DNA from: Spirochaetia bacterium
Lineage (GTDB): Bacteria; Spirochaetota; Spirochaetia; SZUA-6; Bin103
NCBI GenBank assembly: GCA_965199955.1
Contig: CBDATQ010000001.1
Location: 1,216,001 to 1,280,000 of the forward strand
Direction of reading: 5' to 3'
DNA length: 64,000 nt
Below, in pieces: positions 1-9,775 of the stretch; position 1 is the first letter of the stretch; each line of letters starts with the position of its first letter. The translations under genes were made by a program, and so were the position numbers. Below the pieces are notes generated by a model. The model searched no databases, was not told where the DNA came from, and saw only the letters and a list, made by a program, of their open reading frames with translations.

Positions 1-319
1 GACCGGCTTGGATTTCGCTCATCTCTTTCGAGATATCAATGGCGTTATCGTCTTCGACAATGCAACCCTCGGAAACGAGCGAACCGCCCATGTGAAACGT
101 TATCGCAACGGACGAGAGCTGATTCCCGACTCCCTCGAGTCTCTGATGCACGGATGTAACTTGGGGACACTGATTGGACTGCGGTAGTCTTCCGGAGACA
201 GCGTGACCGGTTCGGAGGCGATCGATCGATCGATGATCTGAGCGGCCTCAGGTACTTGACCGGGGTCGTTGCGACCGCAACGTGCGAGCTGTTCTGTCGT
301 GCCCGGGCCGTCCGCTAAG

Positions 320-1837
320 CCGAAGTTCCAGAGCGTGAATCTCTCGTAACTTCATTGACAGAAATTAGTGCAAGGTGATCTGCGTGCTGACTGGCGTCGT
401 TTCGTGTCCATGTAGTTGGGGTGAATAGCGGCGAAGGACATGCTATCTGATCTTTACATATCGTGATTTGGGTGCATGCTGTTGCCACAGATCGGTAGTC
501 AGGTACATCGAGTCCGTCCCCAACCGCTCCTCTCCCCCTCCATCCTGCTCCGCGAGTCCTGCCGCGAGCACGGCAAGCTCAAGAAGCGCACGCTCGCGAA
601 CCTCTCCACATGGCCCCCTGATCTGGTCGACGGCTTGCGCACCCTGCTCAAGGGCGGCCACGCCTTCGCCTCGGTCTCGGATCCGTTGCTGCTCACGCCG
701 CTCGCTGCCCCACGGCCACCTCGCCGCCGTGCTGGGCATCCTCAAGCAGCTCGGGCTCCATACCCTCATCGCCGGCAAGACCAGCCGCTCGCGCGAGTGG
801 TCATCGCCATGATCACCGCCCGCGTCATCGACGCTCAGTCCAAGCTGGCCACCGCCCGCGCGCTGTCACCGCCCAGCGCCGTGTCCACCCTGGGCGAGTC
901 GCTGCGGCTGGGGGAGGTCGATGAGAACGAGCTCTACGAGGCGATGGACTGGTTGGTCGGGCGCCAGGCGGCGATCGAGGACCGCCTGGCCGAACAGCAC
1001 CTCAGCGAGCACACGCTGGTGCTCTACGACGTGAGCTCGACCTACTTCGAGGGCAGCCACTGCGAGCTGGCGCAGTTGGGACGCGGTGGACACGACGCTG
1101 CGAGCGCCGACGATCCGCACGCTGGTGGCCGCCGGTGAGGTGGCGCCGTCGTTGTTCGACGAGCGCGACCTGGCCGAGATCACCTCCGAGTCGTTCAGCT
1201 TTCACCGTGATGAGCACAAGATCGCCGCCGAGGCAGCGCTGGACGGGCTGTACATCGTGCGCAGCAACGTGGAGCCGCAGGTGCTCGACGCGGCGCAGAC
1301 GGTGCGCGCGCCTACAAGGGGCTGTCGAAGGTGGAGCGGGCGTTTCGGTGCATGAAGTCCGTGGTCCTGAAGGTGCGCCCGATTCATCACCGGCGCGCGG
1401 ATAGAGTGCGGGCGCACGTGCTGCTGTGCATGCTGGCCTACTACGTGGAGTGGCACATGCGCCGCTCGTTGGCGCCGTTGCTGTTCGACGATCACGATCG
1501 ACAGGGCGCCGAGCGCACGCGGGTCTCCGAAGTGGCGCCGGCGCAGCGATCGGCGGCCGCGGCGGCCAAGGCGTCGAGCAAGCGCACCGAGGACGGGCTG
1601 CCGGTGCACAGCTTTCGGACGTTGATCGACGAACTGGGCACCCTGACGGCGAACACGATGCGAATCGCCGACGGCGAAAGCACATTCACGCTGCACACGC
1701 ACCCGACGCCGGTTCAGCAGGGCTGTTTCGAGCTGCTTGGGATCACGCCCCGCATGTAGCCATGCAGAGGAACCTGCATCATTGAGAAACTACCCTGACT
1801 ACAAGGACTTCAGGCAATTTCGCTCCTGGAACTTCGG
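320..1837 (+). mobile_element. Degenerate IS1634-family insertion sequence
   Basis: Terminal inverted repeats CCGAAGTTCCAG (320-331) and CTGGAACTTCGG (1826-1837), extending imperfectly inward. Flanks GCTAAG (314-319) and GCTAAA (1838-1843) resemble a target duplication. Transposase pieces lie inside. Confidence 0.85.
500..1759 (+). pseudogene. IS1634-family transposase, frameshifted with internal deletions
   Basis: Motifs are spread over several frames: YIESVPNRSSPP, ILLRES..KKRTLANLS, LYEAMDWL, LVLYDVSSTYFEG, DGLYIVRSNV, ERAFRCMKS..L.VRPIHH..RVRAHVLLCMLAYYVEWHMR. The start codon appears as AGG. Confidence 0.85.
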
Positions 1838-1868
1838 GCTAAACGCAGCCCGAGAGCGTTCGTCCTCC

Positions 1869-4800
1869 TCAAGCCGACAGGAGATCTGCCAATCGCTCAA
1901 GGGCGGCCTGCGCTTGGCGGTACCAGCAGTCGAAGGCTTCCCGCGCCTGCCGGGTGGGAGCGGCGTCGGCGCTCGCGACGACCGGCGCCAGGCTGGCGAT
2001 GCCTTCGAGCACGCCGCCCACGTGGTTGCGTGTCAGGTCGCCTGGTGGCACCACCCGGTGCAGGATGCGCTCGATCTCGTCCAGAGCTTCGGCAGGCGAT
2101 GTCTCCTGCTCGCGGCGGCGCTCGATCGCCGCGAGCGCCCCCATCACGTCCGCGATCGCGGCGCGGATCAGGATAAGGAGCTCCGTCTGCTCCTGGAGGT
2201 CCTCAGGGTCGGCGTCGACTCGCGGGTCGGACGTCACGTGCACGACGGTGGCGTCGCTGCTCCCGTCGGCGACCAGCTCGATGCGGTACTCGCCGGGGGC
2301 ACCCAGCGGCGCCACGCCGGTGTCGAACGGGTCGTCCCCGTGCGCTGATGTCGCGTAGGAGCTGTAGGTCAGATCCCAGATCAGGCGGGTGAGGCCGGCG
2401 GCGCAGGACAGATCGCCGGCGGTCGGGTCCGCGCCGTCGCTCGCGAACCGGCGGACCGGGCGCCCGCTGGGGTCGACGATGCGGATCGCGGCCGACCGGC
2501 AGCTTTCCGGCAGCCAGTAGTAGATCAGCGCGCCACGCGGGCGCGGGCTCCCCGAGTCCAGGAACTCGCGGCGGCCGTCGCCGGCGCACTCGTGCTCGAC
2601 GAAGGTGGCCTCCACGCCCAGCGAGCCGATCTGGTAGGTCTTCTGCGGGCCGGACCAGGGATCCCAGCCGACCTGCGGCAGCGTGCGCACCGCCGGGCGC
2701 GGCGTGACGAGCGCCGGCGTTGACCAAGCGGTCGCGCGACGCAGGGGGGTCAGATCGTCGAGGATCCAGAAGGAGCGGCCGTGCGAGGCCGCCACCAGGT
2801 CGCCTTGGTGGACGCGCAGGTCGTAGACGGGGACCGCAGGCAGCCGGCTCCAGCGCTCGGTCGCGTCGTTCATCCGGGTCCAGGACCCGCCGTCGTCGAG
2901 CGAGGCGTACGCGCCGGTCTCCGTGCCGCAGTACAGCAGTCCGGGGCGCTCCGGGTCGCAGCGGATCACGCGGGTGAAGTCGTCGGCCGGCAGGTCGCCG
3001 ACGATCGACTGCCATGACTCCCCGCCGTCGTCCGTGCGGTACAGCATCGGCCGCGTGTCGTCCAGGCGGTATCGCGTGGCGGCCAGATACCAGCGGTCGG
3101 CGTCGTGCGGGGAGGGCTCCAGGCAGAGGACGGACGACCATTCGGGCAGGTCGGCAGGTGTCGCCTCGTGCCAGCTCTCGCCGCCGTCGCGGGTTCGGTG
3201 CACGCGGCCGTCGTCCGAGCCGGCCCAGATCTCCCGCGGCCGCGCGAGCGACTCGGCCAGCGCGATGATCGTGCAGTACACGTCGGAGGCGCCCTCGCGG
3301 GTTATCGGGCCGCCGGAGGCGACCGTCCTGTCCGGGTCGTCGCGGGTGAGGTCGGGGCTGATCGGCTCCCAGCTTCCACCTTCGTCCGTGGAGCGGAAAA
3401 CCACGTTGCCGGCGGTCAGCAGCACGTCCGGGTCGTGGCGGGACGAGAGCACGGGAAAGGTCCAGTTGAAGCGGGTCGGCCACTCGGCCGGCGGGCTCGA
3501 TCCGTCCATCCCGGGCACGGGTGAGATCAGCCGAACCTGCCCACTGCGGTGGTCGTAGCGCATCAGGCTGCCCGGCCCGCCGGGACTGCTCCCGGTCGCT
3601 CCGGCGTAGACGATGTCGGGGTCGTCGCGCTTGACGGCGATATGGCCGCTCTCTGCGCTGCCGGTGGTGTAGCAGTCGGCCCAGCGGATCGCACCGTAGA
3701 CGCTGTCGGACGGCACGCTGACTGCGCTGGAGTCCTGCTGCGTGGCGTACACCCGGTAGGGGAAGCGGTCGTCCACCTCCATCCGGTAGTACTGCGCGGT
3801 GGGCTGATTGTAGATGCTGCTCCAGGTCTCGCCGCCGTCCAGGCTGACGGTGGCGCCGCCGTCGTTGCCCTCGATCATGCGCAGCGGGTTGGCGGGGTCG
3901 ATCCACAGGTCGTGGTCGTCGTGGTGAGGCGAGGAGATCACCTCGAAGGTGTGGCCGCCGTCGGTGGAGCGGTACAGCTTCTTGCAGAGCGACCACACCT
4001 GCTCGGGATCGGTGGGATGGGCGTAGACGTGGGTGAAGTAGAACGGCTTCTCCCGCAGCTCCGTGTCGTTCGTGACCATCTGCCACGACTCGCCGTCGTC
4101 GTCGCTGCGGTACAGGCCGCCGTCCGCCGCCTCGATCAGCGCCCAGACGCGGCCCGCCCGCGCCGGCGAGGCGGCGATGCCGACGCGGCCCAGGATGCCG
4201 CGCGGCAGTCCGGGCCGTCCGGTCAGCTCATCCCACGTGGCCCCGCCGTCGGTGGAGCGGAAGATGCCGGAGTCCGGCCCGCCGCTCCGGACGGTCCAGG
4301 GATTGCGGATCGTCTGCCAGAGCGCCGCGAACAGCACGTTCGGACGGTTCGGGTCGAGACAGAGGTCGCCGGCGCCGGCCTCCTCGCTGCGGTAGAGCAC
4401 CCGCTCCCAGGTGGCGCCGCCGTCGGCGGAACGGTACACGCCGCGCTCCGGGTTGCGGCCGAAGGCGCGGCCCAGCGCGGCCACGTACACGGTGTCGGGG
4501 TCCCGCGGATGCACGCGGATGCGGCTGATGTGGCGCGTGGCCTCCAGGCCCAGATGGCGCCACGACTCGCCGCCGTCGTCGCTGCGGTAGACGCCGTCGC
4601 CGTGGGTGACGTCGACCCGGATCTGCGTCTCGCCCATGCCGGCGTACACGGTGCGGTGCGCGGACGGCGCCACCGCGATGGCGCCGACCGACGCGGTACG
4701 GAAGAAGCCGTCGGAGACGTTGCGCCAGAAGCGTCCGGCGTCGGTGGTCTTCCAGACGCCGCCGGCGCAGGCGCCGAAGTAGAACACCAGCGGCTCGACG

Positions 4801-4892
4801 GGATCGCCGGCGACGGCCACAACACGGCCGCCGCGGTACGCGCCGATGGAGCGCCAGCGCATCGCCGCCAGCGCCCCAATAGCGTCGCTCAC
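1869..4892 (-). CDS. VPS10/BNR (Asp-box) repeat beta-propeller glycosyl hydrolase-like protein
   Basis: 1007 aa with many S/TxDGGxT/SW Asp-boxes, N-terminal WRSIGAYRGGRVVAVAG and GNDGG motif. No evident signal peptide. Confidence 0.85.
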   Translation of the reverse strand: MSDAIGALAAMRWRSIGAYRGGRVVAVAGDPVEPLVFYFGACAGGVWKTTDAGRFWRNVSDGFFRTASVGAIAVAPSAHRTVYAGMGETQIRVDVTHGDGVYRSDDGGESWRHLGLEATRHISRIRVHPRDPDTVYVAALGRAFGRNPERGVYRSADGGATWERVLYRSEEAGAGDLCLDPNRPNVLFAALWQTIRNPWTVRSGGPDSGIFRSTDGGATWDELTGRPGLPRGILGRVGIAASPARAGRVWALIEAADGGLYRSDDDGESWQMVTNDTELREKPFYFTHVYAHPTDPEQVWSLCKKLYRSTDGGHTFEVISSPHHDDHDLWIDPANPLRMIEGNDGGATVSLDGGETWSSIYNQPTAQYYRMEVDDRFPYRVYATQQDSSAVSVPSDSVYGAIRWADCYTTGSAESGHIAVKRDDPDIVYAGATGSSPGGPGSLMRYDHRSGQVRLISPVPGMDGSSPPAEWPTRFNWTFPVLSSRHDPDVLLTAGNVVFRSTDEGGSWEPISPDLTRDDPDRTVASGGPITREGASDVYCTIIALAESLARPREIWAGSDDGRVHRTRDGGESWHEATPADLPEWSSVLCLEPSPHDADRWYLAATRYRLDDTRPMLYRTDDGGESWQSIVGDLPADDFTRVIRCDPERPGLLYCGTETGAYASLDDGGSWTRMNDATERWSRLPAVPVYDLRVHQGDLVAASHGRSFWILDDLTPLRRATAWSTPALVTPRPAVRTLPQVGWDPWSGPQKTYQIGSLGVEATFVEHECAGDGRREFLDSGSPRPRGALIYYWLPESCRSAAIRIVDPSGRPVRRFASDGADPTAGDLSCAAGLTRLIWDLTYSSYATSAHGDDPFDTGVAPLGAPGEYRIELVADGSSDATVVHVTSDPRVDADPEDLQEQTELLILIRAAIADVMGALAAIERRREQETSPAEALDEIERILHRVVPPGDLTRNHVGGVLEGIASLAPVVASADAAPTRQAREAFDCWYRQAQAALERLADLLSA

Positions 4893-6010
4893 CGCGCCGT
4901 GCCCGCTACCGTCGCGGCGCCGGCTTCCGAGCCGCCGGCTTCCGAGCCGCCGGCCACGATGCGTCGGGTGGCGTCGATCACCCGGTCGACCTGCGCGGGG
5001 CCGATGTGCCGGTTGACCACCAGGCGGATGCGGGTCGGCGGGCGCGAGCCGCCCAGCACGCCCTCGGCGCGGTAGCGGTCGAGCATCTCGTCGGCGGTCC
5101 AGCCCATGCCGCGCACGTCCACCACCGCGAAGTTGGTCGGGATCGGCGGTTCGACCACCTCGATGCCGTCGATGGTCCGCAGCCCGTCACGCAGCCGCGT
5201 GGCGTTCGCGTGATCCTCGGCCAGCCGGTCGATCATCTCCTGCAGGGAGAGGATGCCGGCGGCGGCGATCACGCCGGCCTGGCGCATCGAGCCGCCGTGG
5301 ATCTTGCGGGTGTCGCGAGCCGCCTCGATGAAGGCCGCCTCTCCGCACAGGATCGAGCCGACCGGAGCGGACAGCCCCTTGGAGACGCAGAACATCACCG
5401 AATCGACCTGCTCGACCAGCTCGGCGGCGGGCAGACCCTGGGCGACCGCGGCGTTGAAGAGCCGCGCGCCGTCGCAGTGCACGCGCATGCCGGCCGCGTG
5501 CGCGGCGCCGGCCACGGCGTTGACCTCCGCGGGCGTCACCGCGCCGCCGCCGGTGTAGTTGTGGGTGTTCTCGATGCAGAGCAGCAGCGGCTCAGCCTCC
5601 GGGTGGGCCGCGACCGCCTGTTGCACGTGATCGGGGGTGAGCACGCCCCACTCGGTCTCCACCGCGGCCGACTCGACGCCGAACAGCGCCCGCGCGAAGC
5701 GGTCGCGGTCGCTCGAGAACATGTGCGCGTGCGTCTCGTGCACGGCCAGCGCCCGCCGGCCGGCGCCGGAACGGCTGCCGATCTCCAGGTAGGTGATCAG
5801 GGCGGTGCTGTTGCCCATGCTGCCGCTGGGCACGTACACGGCCGCCTCCTTGCCGAGCCGTTCGGCGGCCATCGCCTCCAGTTGCTTGACGGTCGGATCG
5901 TCGCCGAAGGTGTCGTCGCCCACCTCGGCGGCGTGCATGGCCTGCCGCATCCGCGCGGTGGGGTGGGTGAGGGTGTCGCTGCGCAGGTCCACGGTCGGGT
6001 CGTCATTCAT
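4889..6010 (-). CDS. ltaE: Low-specificity L-threonine aldolase family PLP enzyme
   Basis: VDLRSDTLTHPT, VGDD.FGDDPTV, PSGSMGN, IENTHN, HCDGARLFNA and SKGLSAPVGS (PLP Lys). The true start is the ATG at 6010 inside the longer 4889..7279 ORF. Confidence 0.88.
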   Translation of the reverse strand: MNDDPTVDLRSDTLTHPTARMRQAMHAAEVGDDTFGDDPTVKQLEAMAAERLGKEAAVYVPSGSMGNSTALITYLEIGSRSGAGRRALAVHETHAHMFSSDRDRFARALFGVESAAVETEWGVLTPDHVQQAVAAHPEAEPLLLCIENTHNYTGGGAVTPAEVNAVAGAAHAAGMRVHCDGARLFNAAVAQGLPAAELVEQVDSVMFCVSKGLSAPVGSILCGEAAFIEAARDTRKIHGGSMRQAGVIAAAGILSLQEMIDRLAEDHANATRLRDGLRTIDGIEVVEPPIPTNFAVVDVRGMGWTADEMLDRYRAEGVLGGSRPPTRIRLVVNRHIGPAQVDRVIDATRRIVAGGSEAGGSEAGAATVAGTAR

Positions 6011-7020
6011 CGCATGCCTCCACAGGCGTCGATCAGCATTTCCTGCACGATCAGGTCGTGCTCGGGCGAGAAGCGCGGCTCGCGCTCCCCTCGGGCGACC
6101 TGGATCAGCTCTTCCAGGTCGCCGATGTAGCGCGGGCGGTGCTCCACCTCGATGTGCTGCCAGCCCTCCTGAAAGGGAGGCTTGGGCTCCCGCAGGCAGA
6201 GCTGGATGTGCGGGGGCTCGATCGGCTCCAGGATGGCGCTGCCGCCCAGCCCGTGCACCTCCACGCGGCGGTGCGGGCCGGCCTGCGTCTCCAGGGAGGT
6301 GCCCTCGATCACCGCCAGCGCCCCCTGCCCGGTGTAGTCGAAGACGATCACGCCCAGGTCGGTGCCGGCCGGCATCTCCTCGAATCCGCGCGCCGACGAG
6401 CGCAGGAAGGGATGGATGGCGTCCGCCTTGCCGAACATCCAGGCGACCTGGTCGACCAGGTGGCAGTTCTCCTCGATCATGATCCCGCCCTCGTAGCGGT
6501 GGAGCTGGTTGCGGTGGTAATATTCCGGCTCGCTGCCGGCCCGGAAGCGGGCGAAGTTCACGCGGCCCAGCAGGCCGTCGCGCACCCAACCCTGGATCAT
6601 CTCCAGGCCCGGGTTGTAGCGCCACTGGTAGCCCATCTGGATGCAGAGCCCGGACCTGCCGGCCAGCTCGTAGAGCTCGCGCAGCTCTTCCACGGAGGTG
6701 CCCGGCGGCTTGTCCAGGTGGATGTGCTTGCCCGCCTCGACGGCGCGCCGCGCCCACGGGATGCACTCCCAGGGCCAGGTCTCGATGAAGACGACGGCGA
6801 TCGTGTCGTCGGCCAGGATCTCGTCGGGATCGTCGATGAAGCGCACGCCGCTCCAGATCTCGCGCCCGCCGCGCGCGGCCAGCATCTGCGGGTCCGGCTC
6901 GTGCACGCCGACCAGCTCGGCGTCGAGCCGGCGCAGCACCGGCTGCGAGTCGGGATCCATCACCTTGGTGGCGTGGGTGTGGGCGATGCCGATCTGTCCG
7001 ATGCGCAGCGTCTGCGCCAT
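6007..7020 (-). CDS. Gfo/Idh/MocA family oxidoreductase
   Basis: LRIGQIG, AGKHIHLDKP, QMGYQWRYNP and GG...EENCHLVD motifs. GGAGG RBS upstream of ATG 7020. Confidence 0.85.
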   Translation of the reverse strand: MAQTLRIGQIGIAHTHATKVMDPDSQPVLRRLDAELVGVHEPDPQMLAARGGREIWSGVRFIDDPDEILADDTIAVVFIETWPWECIPWARRAVEAGKHIHLDKPPGTSVEELRELYELAGRSGLCIQMGYQWRYNPGLEMIQGWVRDGLLGRVNFARFRAGSEPEYYHRNQLHRYEGGIMIEENCHLVDQVAWMFGKADAIHPFLRSSARGFEEMPAGTDLGVIVFDYTGQGALAVIEGTSLETQAGPHRRVEVHGLGGSAILEPIEPPHIQLCLREPKPPFQEGWQHIEVEHRPRYIGDLEELIQVARGEREPRFSPEHDLIVQEMLIDACGGMR

Positions 7021-7112
7021 GGGTACCTCCTGCGTACGGCTCGCAGTGTACGACACCTCGGGAGTGCCCCGCGCGTGCGCCCACCCTGTCGCGTATGATC
7101 GGGACGACGACG

Positions 7113-8471
7113 ATGAGCGACGGCTGGAAGCAGCGGGTCCGCGACCCCGTGCACGGTCTCATCATGTTCGGAGGCCGCGACCCGCGCGGGAACGAGACGG
7201 ACCGGATCGCGTGGCGCCTGCTCAACACGAAGGAGTTCCAGCGCCTGCGCCGCATCCGCCAGCTCGGCTTCTCGGACACGGTCTATCCGGGGGCGACGCA
7301 CAGCCGCTTCGCGCACAGCATCGGCGTCTACCACATGGCGCGCCGGCTGCTGGACGTGATCGCGCGCGAGCAGGGAGCGAAGCACGACCGCGACCGGGCG
7401 CGGGTGGCGCTGCTGGCTGCGCTGCTGCACGACATCGGTCACGGCCCCTTCAGCCACGCCTTCGAGAGCGCCTCGGACGCGATCGGGCTGCAGCGGCGGC
7501 ACGAGGACTGGGGCGCCGAGATCGTCCGTGGCGACACCGAGATCAACCGCGTGCTGCGCGACGTGGACGAAAGCCTGCCGGAGCGGGTGGGAGCACTGCT
7601 CAGAGAGGAAGAGCCGAAGGACGTCTACGCCGCCGTGGTCTCCAGTCAGTTCGACGCCGACCGGCTGGACTACGTCCAGCGCGACCGGATGATGACCGGG
7701 GTGCAGTTCGGCCACGTCGACTCGGACTGGCTGATCGACTGCCTGGAGGTCGGCTCCGTGACGATCGGAGAGCGGGACTACGTCCCCGTACAGTGCCTGT
7801 ACCTCGGGCCCAAGGGAATCGCGGTGGCCGAGGACTACCTGGAGGCGCGGTTCCGGCTCTACTGGACGGTCTACGTGCACAAGACCACGCGTGCGGCCGA
7901 GAAGATGCTGGAGGCGTTGCTGGAGGCTGCGGCAACCTCGTTGCGCGGCACGGACCTGGCCCGCCGCGATCCGGTCCTGCGTCATCTCACGGCGGAGAAC
8001 CTGTCACTCGACGCCTACCTGCGTCTCGACGACGCGGCGATCTGGGCCGCTCTGGGCGAGTTCGCGGACTGCGGCAACCGGTGGGTCGCGGAGCTCGCCG
8101 GACGGTTGCGCGACCGTCATCTCTACAAGTGCCTGGAGATCGGCTCCTGGGACGAGCGGCAGGGCAACCTGTATCTGCGCTTCCGGCGCGAGCTGGAGGA
8201 GCGCCGCCTCGAGTGGCTCGGCGACCTGCTGTTCGATCAGGCCACTATCACGCCCTACACGTGGTACGACTTCGACGACGACGCGTCGGCTCTCAGCAAG
8301 GTGCTGGTGAAGGTGCGGGCGGACATGGACGAGCCGCGTGACATCGCCGAGGAGTCGCCGATCGTGAAGGCGCTCCATGACCGCCGGCCCGGCCGGGTCC
8401 AGCGCGTCTTCGCTCCGGACGCGGAGAAGCTGGCGACGCTCGACGAGATCCTCCGCCAGGTGAAGGGGTAG
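7113..8471 (+). CDS. HD-domain phosphohydrolase, SAMHD1/YwfO-like (putative dNTP triphosphohydrolase)
   Basis: RDPVHG, FQRLRRIRQLG, YPGATHSRFAHSIG, ALLHDIGHGPFSHAFE, DADRLDYVQRD and VYVHKTTRAAE. Confidence 0.88.
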   Translation: MSDGWKQRVRDPVHGLIMFGGRDPRGNETDRIAWRLLNTKEFQRLRRIRQLGFSDTVYPGATHSRFAHSIGVYHMARRLLDVIAREQGAKHDRDRARVALLAALLHDIGHGPFSHAFESASDAIGLQRRHEDWGAEIVRGDTEINRVLRDVDESLPERVGALLREEEPKDVYAAVVSSQFDADRLDYVQRDRMMTGVQFGHVDSDWLIDCLEVGSVTIGERDYVPVQCLYLGPKGIAVAEDYLEARFRLYWTVYVHKTTRAAEKMLEALLEAAATSLRGTDLARRDPVLRHLTAENLSLDAYLRLDDAAIWAALGEFADCGNRWVAELAGRLRDRHLYKCLEIGSWDERQGNLYLRFRRELEERRLEWLGDLLFDQATITPYTWYDFDDDASALSKVLVKVRADMDEPRDIAEESPIVKALHDRRPGRVQRVFAPDAEKLATLDEILRQVKG

Positions 8472-8482
8472 GAGCGCTCACC

Positions 8483-9775
8483 TCACGCGAAACGGTCGGG
8501 GCTGAACGGCTGCAGATCGATCGCTGGCTGGCTGCCCGCGATCAAGGCTGCCACCGCCTCGCCCGTTGCGGGCCCCAGCGACAGGCCCAGGGTGCCGTGC
8601 GCGGTGGCCAGAACGACGTTCGCGTGGCCGCGGGGGCGGCCGACGATCGGCAGCGTGTCCGGGGACAGCGGACGCAGTCCGTGCCAGACCTCCGCTCCGG
8701 GGTCGGCGGCATCGAAACGGGCGCCCGGCACGACCCGGCCCGCGCCGTCCAGGATCGCCTGCATGCGCCGCAGGTTGATCGAGCGGTCCAGGCCGGCCAA
8801 CTCAAGCGTCCCGCCAATCCTGACCCCGTGCGGCAGGGGCGTCGCCACCGTCCGGGCATCACCCAGGTTGACCGGCCGGCTCGGCCGCCATGGCGGATTG
8901 GAGAAGGTGACGGAGTACCCCTTGGCGGCCTGCACCGGCAGGCGTAGGCCGAGGCCGGCCGCCACTCGCGGGCTCCAGGAGCCGGCGGCGATCACGATCT
9001 GGCCGGCGGCGATCTCGCCGCGCGAGGTGAGCACCGACGCGCGGCCGCCGCGTCCTTCGGCCGGAACGCGGAGCACGTCGGTCTGCTCCACGATCTGGGT
9101 GCCGGACTCGAGCGCCTGCGCGTGCAGCCAGCGCACGAAGGAGCGCGAGTCGACGTGGGCGTCGCCGGGGTATAGCACGCCGCCGACCACCCGCGGTGAG
9201 AGCGCGGGCTCCATCCGGCGCACCTGTTCGCCGATGAGTTGCTCGAACGGGATGCCGTGCCGGGCAACCCGATGGGACTCTTCGAGGTGGTGCTCTAGTC
9301 GTTCCTCGGTCAGGAACGCGTACAGCACGCCGTCGGCGGCGTAGCCGTAGGGATTGGTGCCGTCCGTGGTCGTGCCTGCCGCGGTGGCGGCGATGCCCGC
9401 GTGCAGCCCGGCGCTGTGCTGCAGGAACTCCGCCATCGCCGCCGTTCCTGCCTCGGTGCGGGCCGGCTTCGACGCCTGCGCGAAGCGCCACAGCCAGCGG
9501 ACCATCTCGGGGCGCCAGGGGCTGCGGATGTGCGGGCTGGTGGGGTCGAACAGCCAGCGCAGACCCTGGGCGACCACGCCCGGCGCCGCGATCGGCACGG
9601 CGTGACTGGGACACACCAGCCCTTGGTTGCCGTAGGAGCAGGCCAGGCGGTCGCCGATGGTGGCTGCATCGACGACCGTCACGCGGGCGCCGGACCGAGC
9701 CAGGTACCAGGCGCAGCTCATGCCGACCACGCCGCCGCCCACGATCAGGACGTCCGGGCTGCGGTCGCCGATCAC
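8483..9775 (-). CDS. D-amino acid dehydrogenase (DadA-like FAD oxidoreductase)
   Basis: IVGGGVVG, CSYGNQG, KGYS, WHGLRPLSPDTLPIVG and HGTLGLSLGPATG. GTG start overlaps the rlmN stop. Confidence 0.85.
   Translation of the reverse strand: MIGDRSPDVLIVGGGVVGMSCAWYLARSGARVTVVDAATIGDRLACSYGNQGLVCPSHAVPIAAPGVVAQGLRWLFDPTSPHIRSPWRPEMVRWLWRFAQASKPARTEAGTAAMAEFLQHSAGLHAGIAATAAGTTTDGTNPYGYAADGVLYAFLTEERLEHHLEESHRVARHGIPFEQLIGEQVRRMEPALSPRVVGGVLYPGDAHVDSRSFVRWLHAQALESGTQIVEQTDVLRVPAEGRGGRASVLTSRGEIAAGQIVIAAGSWSPRVAAGLGLRLPVQAAKGYSVTFSNPPWRPSRPVNLGDARTVATPLPHGVRIGGTLELAGLDRSINLRRMQAILDGAGRVVPGARFDAADPGAEVWHGLRPLSPDTLPIVGRPRGHANVVLATAHGTLGLSLGPATGEAVAALIAGSQPAIDLQPFSPDRFA

Noticed and set aside
1..310. 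Possible minus-strand gene start near position 91 and a (CGAT)4 run at 219-234
   Set aside because: Too short and truncated by the window edge to assign.
4918..4953. 15-bp tandem repeat encoding GGSEA twice
   Set aside because: A simple slippage duplication in a disordered C-terminal tail.
4889..7279. 796-aa ORF as an N-terminally extended threonine aldolase
   Set aside because: The extension overlaps the real oxidoreductase in another frame, and homology starts at Met 6010.
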